Below are positions 49,471 to 59,083 of a DNA stretch of 64,000 nt, in pieces. Made by a program: the position numbers and the translations under genes. Origin of the DNA: Parcubacteria group bacterium (GTDB taxonomy: Bacteria > Patescibacteriota > Minisyncoccia > Phycocordibacterales > CALRBT01); assembly GCA_943354475.1 (NCBI GenBank), contig CALRBT010000001.1, forward strand, positions 101,424-165,423. The letters are read 5' to 3'. The notes beneath the pieces were generated by a model. The model made no database searches, was not told where the DNA came from, and saw only the letters and a list, made by a program, of their open reading frames with translations. Position 1 is the stretch's first letter, and every line of letters starts with the position of its first letter.

Positions 49471-50031
49471 TTAATTTTCACTTTCGTATTTCCACTCAAC
49501 AACATCTCCATTTTTTAGAATGTAGTTTGATATGCCAACAATCGCTCGTTTGTTATTTACGGAGTAGATCCAGTAGAACCCCGCTTTGTCTCCACCTCTT
49601 ATTCCACCGATAGAATCAATTAAAAAACCAAGCACGGGGTATGACTTGGTGGTAAATAATAATCCTCTTTCTTTTTTTGCAACCTCTAAGAGTTTGTAGA
49701 CAGATGATTCTTCAGGAATTGTAATACTCTCTGTGAAATCAGGAAGCTTGAGAATTACTGTTATTTGTTTTTGTTCAGGTAATACGGGTACGTTTTCTTT
49801 GGTAGCTGTACCCGCGACTTCTATTTGGGGTGTCTTTGAAATTGGAGCATCTTCAGGATGCTGGATTAGAGTTCTTATTGAAGTAGTTGCAATCTTCGAT
49901 ACAGTATTAGTCTGTGAAAGATTTTCTGTTGATAAAACAATCTGTGGTTTTTGGTGAATTAAAATTGCAAAGAGAATACCCCCTATAAATGTAACCACAC
50001 CCACTAAAATTAATTTATGTTTTTGCTGCAT
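49471..50031 (-). CDS. Membrane-anchored DUF4430 (transcobalamin beta-domain-like) protein
   Basis: SVYKLL...GFLIDSIGG...YWIYSVNNK...VGISNYILKNGDVVEWKY. Confidence 0.87.
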   Translation of the reverse strand: MQQKHKLILVGVVTFIGGILFAILIHQKPQIVLSTENLSQTNTVSKIATTSIRTLIQHPEDAPISKTPQIEVAGTATKENVPVLPEQKQITVILKLPDFTESITIPEESSVYKLLEVAKKERGLLFTTKSYPVLGFLIDSIGGIRGGDKAGFYWIYSVNNKRAIVGISNYILKNGDVVEWKYESEN

Positions 50032-50056
50032 ACGGCAAGTTTTTTAATGATAAATT

Positions 50057-50153
50057 AAAAAAACCGCTTCAATTCTGAGCGGGAATACTTGCATATCGGG
50101 GCAAATTATTTGCGGATACATGATATGGGTTTTCTGCTCGGAAAAGAAACGTT
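50057..50153 (-). terminator. Long imperfect hairpin plus U7, likely riboswitch expression platform
   Basis: Minus strand TTTCTTTTCCGAGC...CATATC/GATATG...GCTCAGAATTGAAGCGG-TTTTTTT. Confidence 0.55.
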
Positions 50154-50311
50154 ATCTTCAGACCGGACTCGTTTTGATTCAAGAGAGAATCAAGCATTAC
50201 CGTTGCGGCACAGTAGGGGAATCAAACCCCATTTCCAGTCCAAATAGTTTAAAATCACAAGGGTATTAAACATATCAAGACCTGACTCCACGAAAGAGTT
50301 CAAAAGACAAC
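50151..50311 (-). ncRNA. Cobalamin riboswitch
   Basis: Closing helix GTTGTCTTT/GAAGATAAC, core AGGT...GGAAAT-GGGGTTTGATTCCCC-TACTGTGCCGCAACGGTAA...GAGTCCGG, upstream TTGCAC-16-TATAAT, and downstream DUF4430 genes. Confidence 0.78.
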
Positions 50312-50416
50312 AGGTGCATTATATCTACCATGTTAGGGAGTGCAACCATTAATCCTATTGACTCGTAATAAGAATAAGGGTAAAAAATATGCATTAGGGT
50401 ATAATTAAACATCTCT

Positions 50417-51388
50417 ATGAAATCATATCGACTATTTCTAATAATTGTTCTTATTCTGTTCTGTGTCGTCCTTGTAGGGGTCGGTAACTTTTATGCATTT
50501 CGTCACGTTGTCGGCCTTACCAATCAGCAAAGTGCTTCATTTGATCAAAAAATTCTCCTGCTGCAAAAAGATATTGCTACCCTCGGCGATGAACTACAAA
50601 AAGTTTCAGGTGAGAGTAAGAGCACGGTAGTTTCTTTGAGTGAGGTCGAGCGAAGACAAAACGTTCGAGTAAAGTCCCAAGACGAGTTGGTCACGGATGC
50701 AGTATCAAAGGTGGTACCTTCGGTAGTTTCAATTGTTGTTTCCAAAGATGTTCCACAACTCGAGATTACGTATCAAAATCCATTTGGTAATGACCCTTTT
50801 TTCAAAGACTTTGGATTCCAGGTGCCTGTCTATCAACAAAAAGGAACAAAGCATCAAAAGGTGGGGGCAGGTAGCGGATTTATTGTTTCATCAAAAGGAT
50901 ACATTGTTACCAATAAACATGTCGTGACAGACCAAGCTGCAGACTACACCGTTTTGCTTTCAAATGGAAAACAATTACCTGCGAAGGTGGTTTATCGAGA
51001 TTCAGCCGATGATGTTGCGGTTATTAAAATAGAAGGTTCTTATTCATCAGTTCAATTTGGTAATTCAGAACTATTGAAACCTGGACAGAGTGTTGTTGCT
51101 ATCGGTAATGCTCTCGGTGAGTTTAACAATTCAGTGTCGGTTGGAATCATCTCAGGACTCAACCGCACGATTCAAGCGGGGGGTAATAGTGGAGGAGCAC
51201 CGATACAACTCACTGGTGTTATCCAAACCGATGCTGCCATCAATCCAGGAAACTCTGGCGGTCCATTAATTGATTTAACAGGAAAGGTTATTGGGGTGAA
51301 CGTAGCGACCGTTCTGGGATCAAGTAATATTAGTTTTTCAATTCCAACAAATAAAATTAAAGCGATTTTGGATAAGGTGGTTAAGTAG
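50417..51388 (+). CDS. HtrA/trypsin-like serine protease without PDZ domain
   Basis: GSGFIV, TNKHV, DDVAVIK, TDAAINPGNSGGPL. N-terminal TM and coiled coil. Confidence 0.92.
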   Translation: MKSYRLFLIIVLILFCVVLVGVGNFYAFRHVVGLTNQQSASFDQKILLLQKDIATLGDELQKVSGESKSTVVSLSEVERRQNVRVKSQDELVTDAVSKVVPSVVSIVVSKDVPQLEITYQNPFGNDPFFKDFGFQVPVYQQKGTKHQKVGAGSGFIVSSKGYIVTNKHVVTDQAADYTVLLSNGKQLPAKVVYRDSADDVAVIKIEGSYSSVQFGNSELLKPGQSVVAIGNALGEFNNSVSVGIISGLNRTIQAGGNSGGAPIQLTGVIQTDAAINPGNSGGPLIDLTGKVIGVNVATVLGSSNISFSIPTNKIKAILDKVVK

Positions 51389-51389
51389 C

Positions 51390-52040
51390 TCAGAGCTTCT
51401 TTGACTTTGACCACTCGACATTTCCATCGATCACTTTGCGTTCAAATTCGGTGGCGTTGCGCAGACCCTTGGCCATTTTTTCAGTAATAAGTGGAATGTG
51501 TTTAATATCGTCAATGTCTTCGGCGATGTAATGGAGATCTTCTTCACTCGTCACCCACTCCAAATCCTTATCGAGTTTTTTGTACCGCAGAAGATTAAAA
51601 GGGACTGAGAAGCTCCGTAGGCTCTTGATACCTTTTTTGTGCGCATTGGTGTATTCGTGGAAGTATGAGAGAGCCAACTCTCTTTGTGTTCGATACACTG
51701 GATCGCGGTAACGCAGTACCGCATGGTTGGTCTTACTGATAGCGCCCCAATATCCATCTTTCTTGAAGAGGGCGACAACATGATCCTCGTCGTTATGAGT
51801 TTTGAAATCCATTAGTAACGGCACTCCTCCGTTGACCCAAAGGGCGCAGGCGGCAATGAGTGCGGCTTCCATACAGTGGACCTTTTTTTCTCGAAGCGCT
51901 CTGGATACTGACATATACGTCTCACCAGTTTCTTCAAAATTAATAGGTAATTTATCTAAGTAATCTTGGATTTTAACAGGGGTATTTAGTTTGCGCAGAA
52001 GGGAATAGTCGCCTTTAGATAATCCAAATCTAGTGTGCAT
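51390..52040 (-). CDS. Hypothetical protein, possible transglutaminase-like fold
   Basis: HCMEAALIAA...DEDHVVALF...WGAISKTN, Cys/His spacing. Confidence 0.65.
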   Translation of the reverse strand: MHTRFGLSKGDYSLLRKLNTPVKIQDYLDKLPINFEETGETYMSVSRALREKKVHCMEAALIAACALWVNGGVPLLMDFKTHNDEDHVVALFKKDGYWGAISKTNHAVLRYRDPVYRTQRELALSYFHEYTNAHKKGIKSLRSFSVPFNLLRYKKLDKDLEWVTSEEDLHYIAEDIDDIKHIPLITEKMAKGLRNATEFERKVIDGNVEWSKSKKL

Positions 52041-52045
52041 AGTGT

Positions 52046-52399
52046 TTAGATAAAGATGTGTCGAGCATAGATAATCGCACCCACCGCCACTGAAGTGATT
52101 GCACTAACGAGGACGAAGGCGCCCATAGTATCTTTTATCTTACCAATCATTTGATCGTGATGAGGTTCTACTTTATTACAAAGATCTTCGATTGCTGTAT
52201 TGGCGATTTCAGCGGCGAGAACAAACCCAACTAGAAAAATCAAAATTGCTACTTCAAGATACGAAAAATCAATATAAAAAAAAGAGCAAAAAACAAGGAT
52301 TGCTACCAAGGAGTCAATCTTAAAGTTAAATTCCTCACGCCAAACCGTGACCAAACCATTTCCTGCGTTTCGAAATGAAAATATAAGTTTCTTAAACAT
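52046..52399 (-). CDS. dgkA: Diacylglycerol/undecaprenol kinase
   Basis: SFRNAGNGL...EEFNF, AEIANTAIEDLC, IKD. Confidence 0.88.
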   Translation of the reverse strand: MFKKLIFSFRNAGNGLVTVWREEFNFKIDSLVAILVFCSFFYIDFSYLEVAILIFLVGFVLAAEIANTAIEDLCNKVEPHHDQMIGKIKDTMGAFVLVSAITSVAVGAIIYARHIFI

Positions 52400-52477
52400 T
52401 GTTGCTATTTTACCATAAAAGCCCTCTTCTTGATCCAGCAAGCTTAGTTTTCTGTCCAGGTGTTGTATACTAGTGGT

Positions 52478-52930
52478 ATGGAAATACAAACAGTAAGTTC
52501 GCTTGAGGAACTGCGCAAAGGACGCAGACCAATTCGTAATATTAACATTGAACACCGAGAGCATCTAACCCGTCTTGAACGCTTTGCGGCATGGATTACA
52601 GGACATGTCGGTACGATGGGGTTTTTCCTCATCATTTTTTTATGGACCACCCTCTGGCTTTCGTGGAATGTGTTTACTCCAGAGCAGTACCATTTTGATC
52701 CATACCCAGCGTTTGTCTTTTGGCTCTTTATTTCAAATATGATTCAAATATTTCTTATGCCTTTGATTATGATTGGGCAGAATCTTCAGGGGAGGCATGC
52801 AGAGGCTCGCGCTGAATCAGATTATGAAGTTAATATGAAATCTGCTGAAGAAATTGAAACGATACTGGCACATCTTGAGGCACAGCGGGATACATTGAAT
52901 GCAATAAAAAAACAATTAGAAGGAAAATAG
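52478..52930 (+). CDS. DUF1003 membrane protein
   Basis: VGTMGF...FDPYP...PLIMIGQN...AESDYEVN. Confidence 0.85.
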   Translation: MEIQTVSSLEELRKGRRPIRNINIEHREHLTRLERFAAWITGHVGTMGFFLIIFLWTTLWLSWNVFTPEQYHFDPYPAFVFWLFISNMIQIFLMPLIMIGQNLQGRHAEARAESDYEVNMKSAEEIETILAHLEAQRDTLNAIKKQLEGK

Positions 52931-52941
52931 CCTTTCGTAGC

Positions 52942-53532
52942 TTATTTGAGTTTTAAGGTATCAGTGTTTACTGCTCCCGTACGAAGCACTTTTATAGTAC
53001 CTTCTTCACTTAGAGAAATAAGTGTTGAAGGTTTTCCGGTTAGGGTTTCGTTTCCAAGGTAGTAATCTACACGATCACCAAAGTACGAACGTGCGTTTGT
53101 GATTGTGAGAGCGGGTGGTTTGCCCTCCGGGTTAGCGCTCGGTGCAAGGAGGGGTCCTGTTTGTTTTAGAAAATTTAAAAGAAACTCACTCTTTGGTATG
53201 CGAAAGGCCAAGGAACACTTTCCCCGATGGAGATATTGAAAGGCCTCGTCGTTGCAAGGAAGAATGACACTTACTGGATTTGGCCAGAGCTTTGAAAGTA
53301 CCGTTTTTGTTTCCTCACGTAGGGTGATTCCAAAGAGCTCTATATCCTTTATTGCCCTAATCAAGATTATGCAGGGTTTATCAAATGAGCGATTTTTGAT
53401 TGCGTAAAGACGACCTTCTGCTTCTTTGTTCAGCGCAGAGCAAACCATCCCGTACACGGTGTCGGTTGGAATCACTGCAATTCCGCCATTACGGAGTATA
53501 TTGATACAAGTGTCGATTTCAGATTCATTCAT
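52942..53532 (-). CDS. tsaC: Threonylcarbamoyl-AMP synthase (TsaC/YrdC)
   Basis: PTDTVYG, IKNRSFDKP, APSANPEG, PSTL. Confidence 0.92.
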   Translation of the reverse strand: MNESEIDTCINILRNGGIAVIPTDTVYGMVCSALNKEAEGRLYAIKNRSFDKPCIILIRAIKDIELFGITLREETKTVLSKLWPNPVSVILPCNDEAFQYLHRGKCSLAFRIPKSEFLLNFLKQTGPLLAPSANPEGKPPALTITNARSYFGDRVDYYLGNETLTGKPSTLISLSEEGTIKVLRTGAVNTDTLKLK

Positions 53533-53625
53533 GTTTTGACACGATACGCTAAAAACAAAAGAAATCAACAACGACAGCATGGTATAGTTAGATATAATTT
53601 TCTTCAATCAGGGGGAAAACGATAT

Positions 53626-55992
53626 ATGGATTCAACTTTCAACTTACTGACGCGTAAATACAAAGAAGTTAGCCTTCTTGTTTTTCGTAACGTTTTTGTG
53701 TTGATTAATGTCATTGTTTTTTTTGTGGTTGGATTACTGATATATGTTGGTAACACCAAGGAAGGAATGTTCCTCGGAATTATTGTAATACTCAATGTTA
53801 TTATCGGGATTTTTCAGGATCTTAGGGCGTGGCTTGTACTTGAAAGATTAAATTTACTCACGGCGCTTTCTGTAACGCGCATCGGAGATGATGGTTTGGA
53901 AAGCGATGTGTTACCTGAAGAAATAGTCAAAGGCGATAAAATAAAATTAAAATCAGGAGACCAAATTCCTCGAGATGGAATACTCCTCTCGTCTCTGGGA
54001 CTTGAGATAAACAATGCTTTGATCACAGGTGAATCAACTTCTTTCTTAATGAAAGGGGGCAACCAAATATTGGCCGGCAGTATCATTACTGCTGGATCCG
54101 CTGTCATGGAGGCAAGTGCTGCTTATGGTGATAGTCGAATCGCCCAGATGACTGTCAAAATCAAAAAATATTCAAAAAATGATAGTCCAATTCAAGGTTC
54201 AATCAACACAATCGTCACGTATTCAGGGTATGTTTTGATTGCCGTTATTCTTTTTGTTATCGCACGTGGTGCTCTTCAGCAAGAATCATCAATAACCATT
54301 ATTCAGCAAGTCGGGGCACTTGCCAGCACGTTGGTTCCACAGGGTTTGGTGATTGCAACAACACTACTTTTTGCTTACGGAGCAACACATCTCTTCAATC
54401 GCCACGTGCTCTTACAAGAAATGAATGCTGTCGAAAAGCTCGGGCACATTAAGAATTTGTGTATGGATAAAACAGGGACATTAACCGAGAATATGCCAAC
54501 GGTTGAGGCGATGCTTATTCCACCGGAAGGGAACAAAGAACAGGCGGAACGTCTCGCTTCACTTTATGTCGACTTGATAGGAGATTCGTCACAGACAATT
54601 GAAGCAATCAAAAAGTTCACCCCAAAAACACTTACGAGTAAAACACCAAAGGAAACACTCCTATTTTCATCATGGCGAGGTTTTGGTGGATTACTTCTCG
54701 AAGAAGGGGAGAGAGGGGCGCTGTTTCTTGGCGCACCAGAGATTTTTGCCCAACAAATAGTTTCAGAGAAAGAGAAGGTGTGGCTTCAGTCAGTAGTTAC
54801 GGAACAAACTGCTAAAGGTCGACGGGTTATCTCATTGATGCAATCAAATCAGCAGGAATCAGCAATTCAATTGGTGGGAAGTAAACTTTCGGTTGTTGCA
54901 GTCTTTGTCTTGGAAAATAACTTACGTGAAGGAATACCAGAGGCAATTGCTTATTTTCAAAACAGGGGGGTTCGTATCCGTGTCATTTCAGGAGATAATC
55001 TCGAGACGGTTCGGTCCGTGGTTCGGTCGGCAGGCATTCTAAAACCAGAACTTGCAATCAGTGGCGATGAATTACAGTTACTCAATAGCGATGAATTTAA
55101 TGAGAAGGTAAAATTGTACACAATTTTTGCGCGCATTAAGCCAGAACAAAAAGAGAGGATTATTGACGCTTTGAAAAAAGATGGATTCACCGCGATGGTA
55201 GGTGATGGAGCAAACGATGCGCTTGCTATAAAAACAGCAGACCTTGGTATTGCAATGTTTGATGGTGCAAAAGCAACTAGGCAACTAGCGGGCGTAGTAC
55301 TTACACATAATAGTTTTGTTGAGCTCCCCGGTGGAGTAAAACTCGCTGACAGTATCATTGAAAATATTGAAATTTATGCCAGCCTCTTTTTCAATCAAAC
55401 ATTCCTTGGTTTTTTCTTTTTTGTTCTCCTGAGTATTCTTGGATACAGTTTTCCATTTACTCCACTCAACATCACCTTCATTAACTACTTTACGGTAGGT
55501 ATTCCAAGCCTCCTTATTTTTTACTGGACAATTCGTCCAAGAGAAGAGACGTCTCCGATTAATAAACAGTCTTTTATCAAGCGGGTCCTGCCATTTCCGT
55601 TGATTTCTGCTATTCCACAATCTATTGGTGCAGTTGCTATTGTTATGTTCAGTGTTATGTATTTGAAAGAGTATAATAATTTAAATTCTATTTCAGCACT
55701 GGTCTTTATTAGCTTTGGTTATCTGTTTTTCATGTTTGCTCCAAGTTTTTATGCCAAATCTCTTCCAAAGAATCGACTGCTACAATTATTGTTATTGGCC
55801 GGAGCTGAGGCGGTCATCTTGCTCATCGCGCTCAATATTTCTTTTGTAAACGAATTTTTTAACATTTCTGCACCGGCGCTTATCTTCTTGGCATTTCTTT
55901 TACCACTGATACTCGTTTATTCTTTATTGCAGTATGGAATTTTGCGAAGAATGGCTCCGATGGTTTCAGGAACTACGGTGAAAGTGACCTAA
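53626..55992 (+). CDS. P-type cation-transporting ATPase (CtpE-like)
   Basis: TGES, VPQGL, DKTGTLT, ISGDN, GDGAND. Confidence 0.93.
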   Translation: MDSTFNLLTRKYKEVSLLVFRNVFVLINVIVFFVVGLLIYVGNTKEGMFLGIIVILNVIIGIFQDLRAWLVLERLNLLTALSVTRIGDDGLESDVLPEEIVKGDKIKLKSGDQIPRDGILLSSLGLEINNALITGESTSFLMKGGNQILAGSIITAGSAVMEASAAYGDSRIAQMTVKIKKYSKNDSPIQGSINTIVTYSGYVLIAVILFVIARGALQQESSITIIQQVGALASTLVPQGLVIATTLLFAYGATHLFNRHVLLQEMNAVEKLGHIKNLCMDKTGTLTENMPTVEAMLIPPEGNKEQAERLASLYVDLIGDSSQTIEAIKKFTPKTLTSKTPKETLLFSSWRGFGGLLLEEGERGALFLGAPEIFAQQIVSEKEKVWLQSVVTEQTAKGRRVISLMQSNQQESAIQLVGSKLSVVAVFVLENNLREGIPEAIAYFQNRGVRIRVISGDNLETVRSVVRSAGILKPELAISGDELQLLNSDEFNEKVKLYTIFARIKPEQKERIIDALKKDGFTAMVGDGANDALAIKTADLGIAMFDGAKATRQLAGVVLTHNSFVELPGGVKLADSIIENIEIYASLFFNQTFLGFFFFVLLSILGYSFPFTPLNITFINYFTVGIPSLLIFYWTIRPREETSPINKQSFIKRVLPFPLISAIPQSIGAVAIVMFSVMYLKEYNNLNSISALVFISFGYLFFMFAPSFYAKSLPKNRLLQLLLLAGAEAVILLIALNISFVNEFFNISAPALIFLAFLLPLILVYSLLQYGILRRMAPMVSGTTVKVT

Positions 55993-56074
55993 TTTGCAAA
56001 GAAATTAATTATCCCTGTTTACGTACTGTAATAATTTTTGGTATACTTTTTCGTGCTAGAAATAAATTAATACT

Positions 56075-56590
56075 ATGAAAACAGAAACAATCAAGAAAGG
56101 AGGAAAGTATGAGCCTGGAAATTTTACATTGAAGGCAAAACGATCGAGTGCAGGATTAGGGCTCTATACGATGGACCCAATTAAAAAAGGGGATTGTGTC
56201 ATCGAGTACGTAGGACCAGTAGTACCTAAAGAAGAATGGGACACTATTAATAGCCTTTACCTTTTTGAGGTAACCAAGAAGAAAACTATCAACGGTGCTG
56301 TTCGGAGTAACACCGCTCGTTATATCAATCACTCTTGCAAGCCAAATTGTGAAATTGATATTCGTAAGGAGAGGGTATTTATTATGGCGAAACGTAATAT
56401 CAAAGCTGGAGAAGAACTAAGTTATGATTATGACCGAGAATATTTTGATGAATATATCAAACCAAAGGGTTGTAAGTGTGGGGCAGAAAAGCATCTCTAT
56501 AACACTCCTAAAAAAGTCACTCCAGCAAAAAAGAAAGTAACAAAAACAACAAAGGGGAAAAAGCCCAAAACCAAAAAGGGTGCAAGATAA
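56075..56590 (+). CDS. SET-domain lysine methyltransferase with post-SET CxC and Lys-rich tail
   Basis: GLGL, ARYINHSCKPNC, GEELSYDY, CKCG. Confidence 0.92.
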   Translation: MKTETIKKGGKYEPGNFTLKAKRSSAGLGLYTMDPIKKGDCVIEYVGPVVPKEEWDTINSLYLFEVTKKKTINGAVRSNTARYINHSCKPNCEIDIRKERVFIMAKRNIKAGEELSYDYDREYFDEYIKPKGCKCGAEKHLYNTPKKVTPAKKKVTKTTKGKKPKTKKGAR

Positions 56591-56790
56591 AAAATACCCC
56601 CGTCACGTGGACGGGGGGGAAGTTTGCGCCAATAAGGCTTTTATAGGGGGAAACAAGTTAATAATATATAGTCTTTCAAAATATTGCAACATGGAGTGTG
56701 GGGAGTAATCAACAGTACTCTCTAGACTTTGTAAGTTGGCGTTGTTATACTTCATGTGGGGCAATTTACTAAAGTTTCTTAATATATTTT

Positions 56791-57015
56791 ATGTATATGA
56801 AGTATCTTCATATGGTGACGTTTCTCCTTTTGGTTGTTGGGGGATTGAACTGGCTCCTCTTTGCCCTAACGGGTAAGGATATCGGTTCTTTTATTGGAGG
56901 TATGGATTCAATGCTAGCTCGGGCGATTTATCTTTTGGTAGGTCTTTCAGCTATCTTTGAAATCATTACTCATAAGAAAAATTGTAGGCAGTGTTCAGAT
57001 CCTACAGTGATGTAG
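56791..57015 (+). CDS. DUF378 membrane protein
   Basis: LLVVGGLNW...IYLLVGLSA. Confidence 0.85.
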   Translation: MYMKYLHMVTFLLLVVGGLNWLLFALTGKDIGSFIGGMDSMLARAIYLLVGLSAIFEIITHKKNCRQCSDPTVM

Positions 57016-57020
57016 TTTTA

Positions 57021-57073
57021 CTTCCACACACAGAAAACGCCCGGCGACGCCGGGCGTTTTCTGTGTGTGGAAG
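57021..57073. terminator. Long perfect palindrome/bidirectional terminator
   Basis: 26-bp arms CTTCCACACACAGAAAACGCCCGGCG. Confidence 0.8.
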
Positions 57074-57127
57074 GTTAAAAGCGTCACACTCCTTCATGGG
57101 GATGTGACGCTTCTCACTTCGTTTTCT

Positions 57128-57382
57128 TCAGTATCTTGGGTGCCTCGCGACCCAAGTTGCTTGGCACCCTTCGCAACAGAAGTAATAGGTCTTGCCACCC
57201 CTACTGCTGGTGCGACTTGCAGTGTTTACACTTCCTCTCTTGCACTCATCGCACTTTGCGCCACCTTGTGAAAGTGGGGCATTGGGCCTTTCTTCGATCA
57301 TCCATGATCCATAGGTTCGATTGCAGATACCACAGCCATCATCCTCAATGGCACCGTGGTAGCAGATAGGAATTTGACCCAT
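57128..57382 (-). CDS. Small Cys-rich protein with YHS/TRASH-like domain
   Basis: CYH...CGIC, CDEC...GKTYYFCCEGC. TTGACA promoter and AGGAG SD. Confidence 0.7.
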   Translation of the reverse strand: MGQIPICYHGAIEDDGCGICNRTYGSWMIEERPNAPLSQGGAKCDECKRGSVNTASRTSSRGGKTYYFCCEGCQATWVARHPRY

Positions 57383-57487
57383 ACTCTTTCTCCTGATTGG
57401 TTACTCTGAAGAGAACAGTAAGATATTTTAAAGTGGTATGTCAACCCCTAAACTTTATAAGACGAATAATGTTGGTAGATTCTTTAC

Positions 57488-57701
57488 TTTGGAGTAGAGT
57501 GGATATATTGAGATGCCTGATGCATCTCAAAAATTATTGGAGTGCGTTGTTTGAATACCTTGCTGTCTTGCCCCGAGGGTGAAAACACGCGTTGTGTATA
57601 GTGTGGTCGGAGGACCACTCCTATTCCAAAAAAACAGCCATGGTGTTTTGTGCCCAATACCTCGTCTGCTCTGCAACGAGGTTGGACACACAACCTGTTT
57701 T
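57488..57701 (+). promoter_or_regulatory. Structured 5' leader of the MFS gene (candidate cis-regulatory RNA)
   Basis: 15-bp closing helix 57488-57502/57615-57630, internal hairpins, and a second rod at 57631-57701. Confidence 0.5.
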
Positions 57702-57706
57702 ATTTT

Positions 57707-58996
57707 ATGGAGCGCATTAAACATTTTGGACGAACAACTTTTTCTTCACTTAAGATCAGGAACTACAGACTTTATTTTATCGGACAGATTGTCTCCCTTT
57801 CTGGTACTTGGATGCAAACAGTGGCCCTTGGTTGGTTGGTGCTTGAGTTAACGCACTCTGGTACTGCGCTCGGTATTGTGGTGGCCCTTCAATTTATTCC
57901 AATACTTATTCTTGGTCCGTGGGGCGGCTTAGTTGCTGACCGCTACAACAAACGCACGATACTCTATATAACCCAAACTGCCTTTGGTCTGCTTACCTTG
58001 GGTGTAAGCATTCTAATTTTTAGTGGTTTTGTCACTATCACCGTGCTGTATCTATTCGCCCTTCTTTTTGGCATAGTTCGTCTCTTTGACAACCCAGCAC
58101 GTCAAACATTTGTCTCGCAATTGGTTGATACTAGTAATCTCAAGAACGCGGTTAGTCTAAATGCAACGGTAAATAATTTAGCTCGTGCAGTTGGCCCATC
58201 CATCGCAGGAATCTTGATAGCAGGGATTGGAATCTCATTTTGTTTTCTTTTTAACGCACTAACCTATGTTGTTACCATAATAACACTGTGGTATATGCAA
58301 GGTGATGAACTCCACGAGATGGTGCCAAAAAAGAAAGGAAAAGGGGAGTTGCGTGAAGGATTTCACTACGTGATGGCAACCCCAGTTATTCGCGATACGC
58401 TTATTATGATGGCCTTCATTGGGACATTTGTTTTTGAATTCCAGGTCAGTCTTCCTATTTTTGCACAACAAGTTTTTCATGGCGACGCCAAGAGTTACGC
58501 CTTACTATTAGCTACTATGGGAGCAGGATCGGTGCTCGGTGGTCTTTTTGCTGCGGGTCGTCATAAAGTAGCCCCTCATCACCTCATTTTCTTTATGGCA
58601 GCCTTTGGTATTAGTCTCCTTGGAGTTTCAGTAATGCCAACCCTTTCACTTGCAGCTTTTGGAATGTTTGTTGTTGGATTCTTTTCTATTAATGTTACAT
58701 CTCTTGGTAACACAATACTCCAGCTTGAGAGTAAACCTGAAATGCGTGGAAGGGTGATGGCGCTTTGGGGAATGGCAATGCTCGGCTCAACTCCAATCGG
58801 GGGTCCAATCATTGGATTCATTGGAGAGTTTGCAGGTGGTAGGTGGGGAGTGGCCACTGGTGGGATTGTTGCCATTCTAACTGCGTTAGGGGCTGCCATT
58901 GCTTTACTGAGAAAGAGTAGGGAAGAGCAGGTAATTCCTCATAGTGTCGAGTATCGAAGTGATGAAGCATCTATCAAAAGTATAAAAATTCCATAA
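57707..58996 (+). CDS. MFS transporter (MFS_3/DUF894-like)
   Basis: SLSGTWMQ, GGLVADRYNKR, DNPARQ, MRGRVMA, about 12 TM segments. Confidence 0.92.
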   Translation: MERIKHFGRTTFSSLKIRNYRLYFIGQIVSLSGTWMQTVALGWLVLELTHSGTALGIVVALQFIPILILGPWGGLVADRYNKRTILYITQTAFGLLTLGVSILIFSGFVTITVLYLFALLFGIVRLFDNPARQTFVSQLVDTSNLKNAVSLNATVNNLARAVGPSIAGILIAGIGISFCFLFNALTYVVTIITLWYMQGDELHEMVPKKKGKGELREGFHYVMATPVIRDTLIMMAFIGTFVFEFQVSLPIFAQQVFHGDAKSYALLLATMGAGSVLGGLFAAGRHKVAPHHLIFFMAAFGISLLGVSVMPTLSLAAFGMFVVGFFSINVTSLGNTILQLESKPEMRGRVMALWGMAMLGSTPIGGPIIGFIGEFAGGRWGVATGGIVAILTALGAAIALLRKSREEQVIPHSVEYRSDEASIKSIKIP

Positions 58997-59083
58997 CAAT
59001 AAAACGTGTTTTATGTCTATTGCTCGTAGCAAAGTAAGCTAATCATTTAAATATCGCACTCCAACAAACTAATGACCTAGGAG

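Noticed and set aside
57488-57701. SRP RNA, 6S RNA or tmRNA identity for the MFS leader
   Set aside because: There is no SRP domain IV GGAA loop motif, no tRNA-like ends, and the fold is not a single rod with a central bubble.
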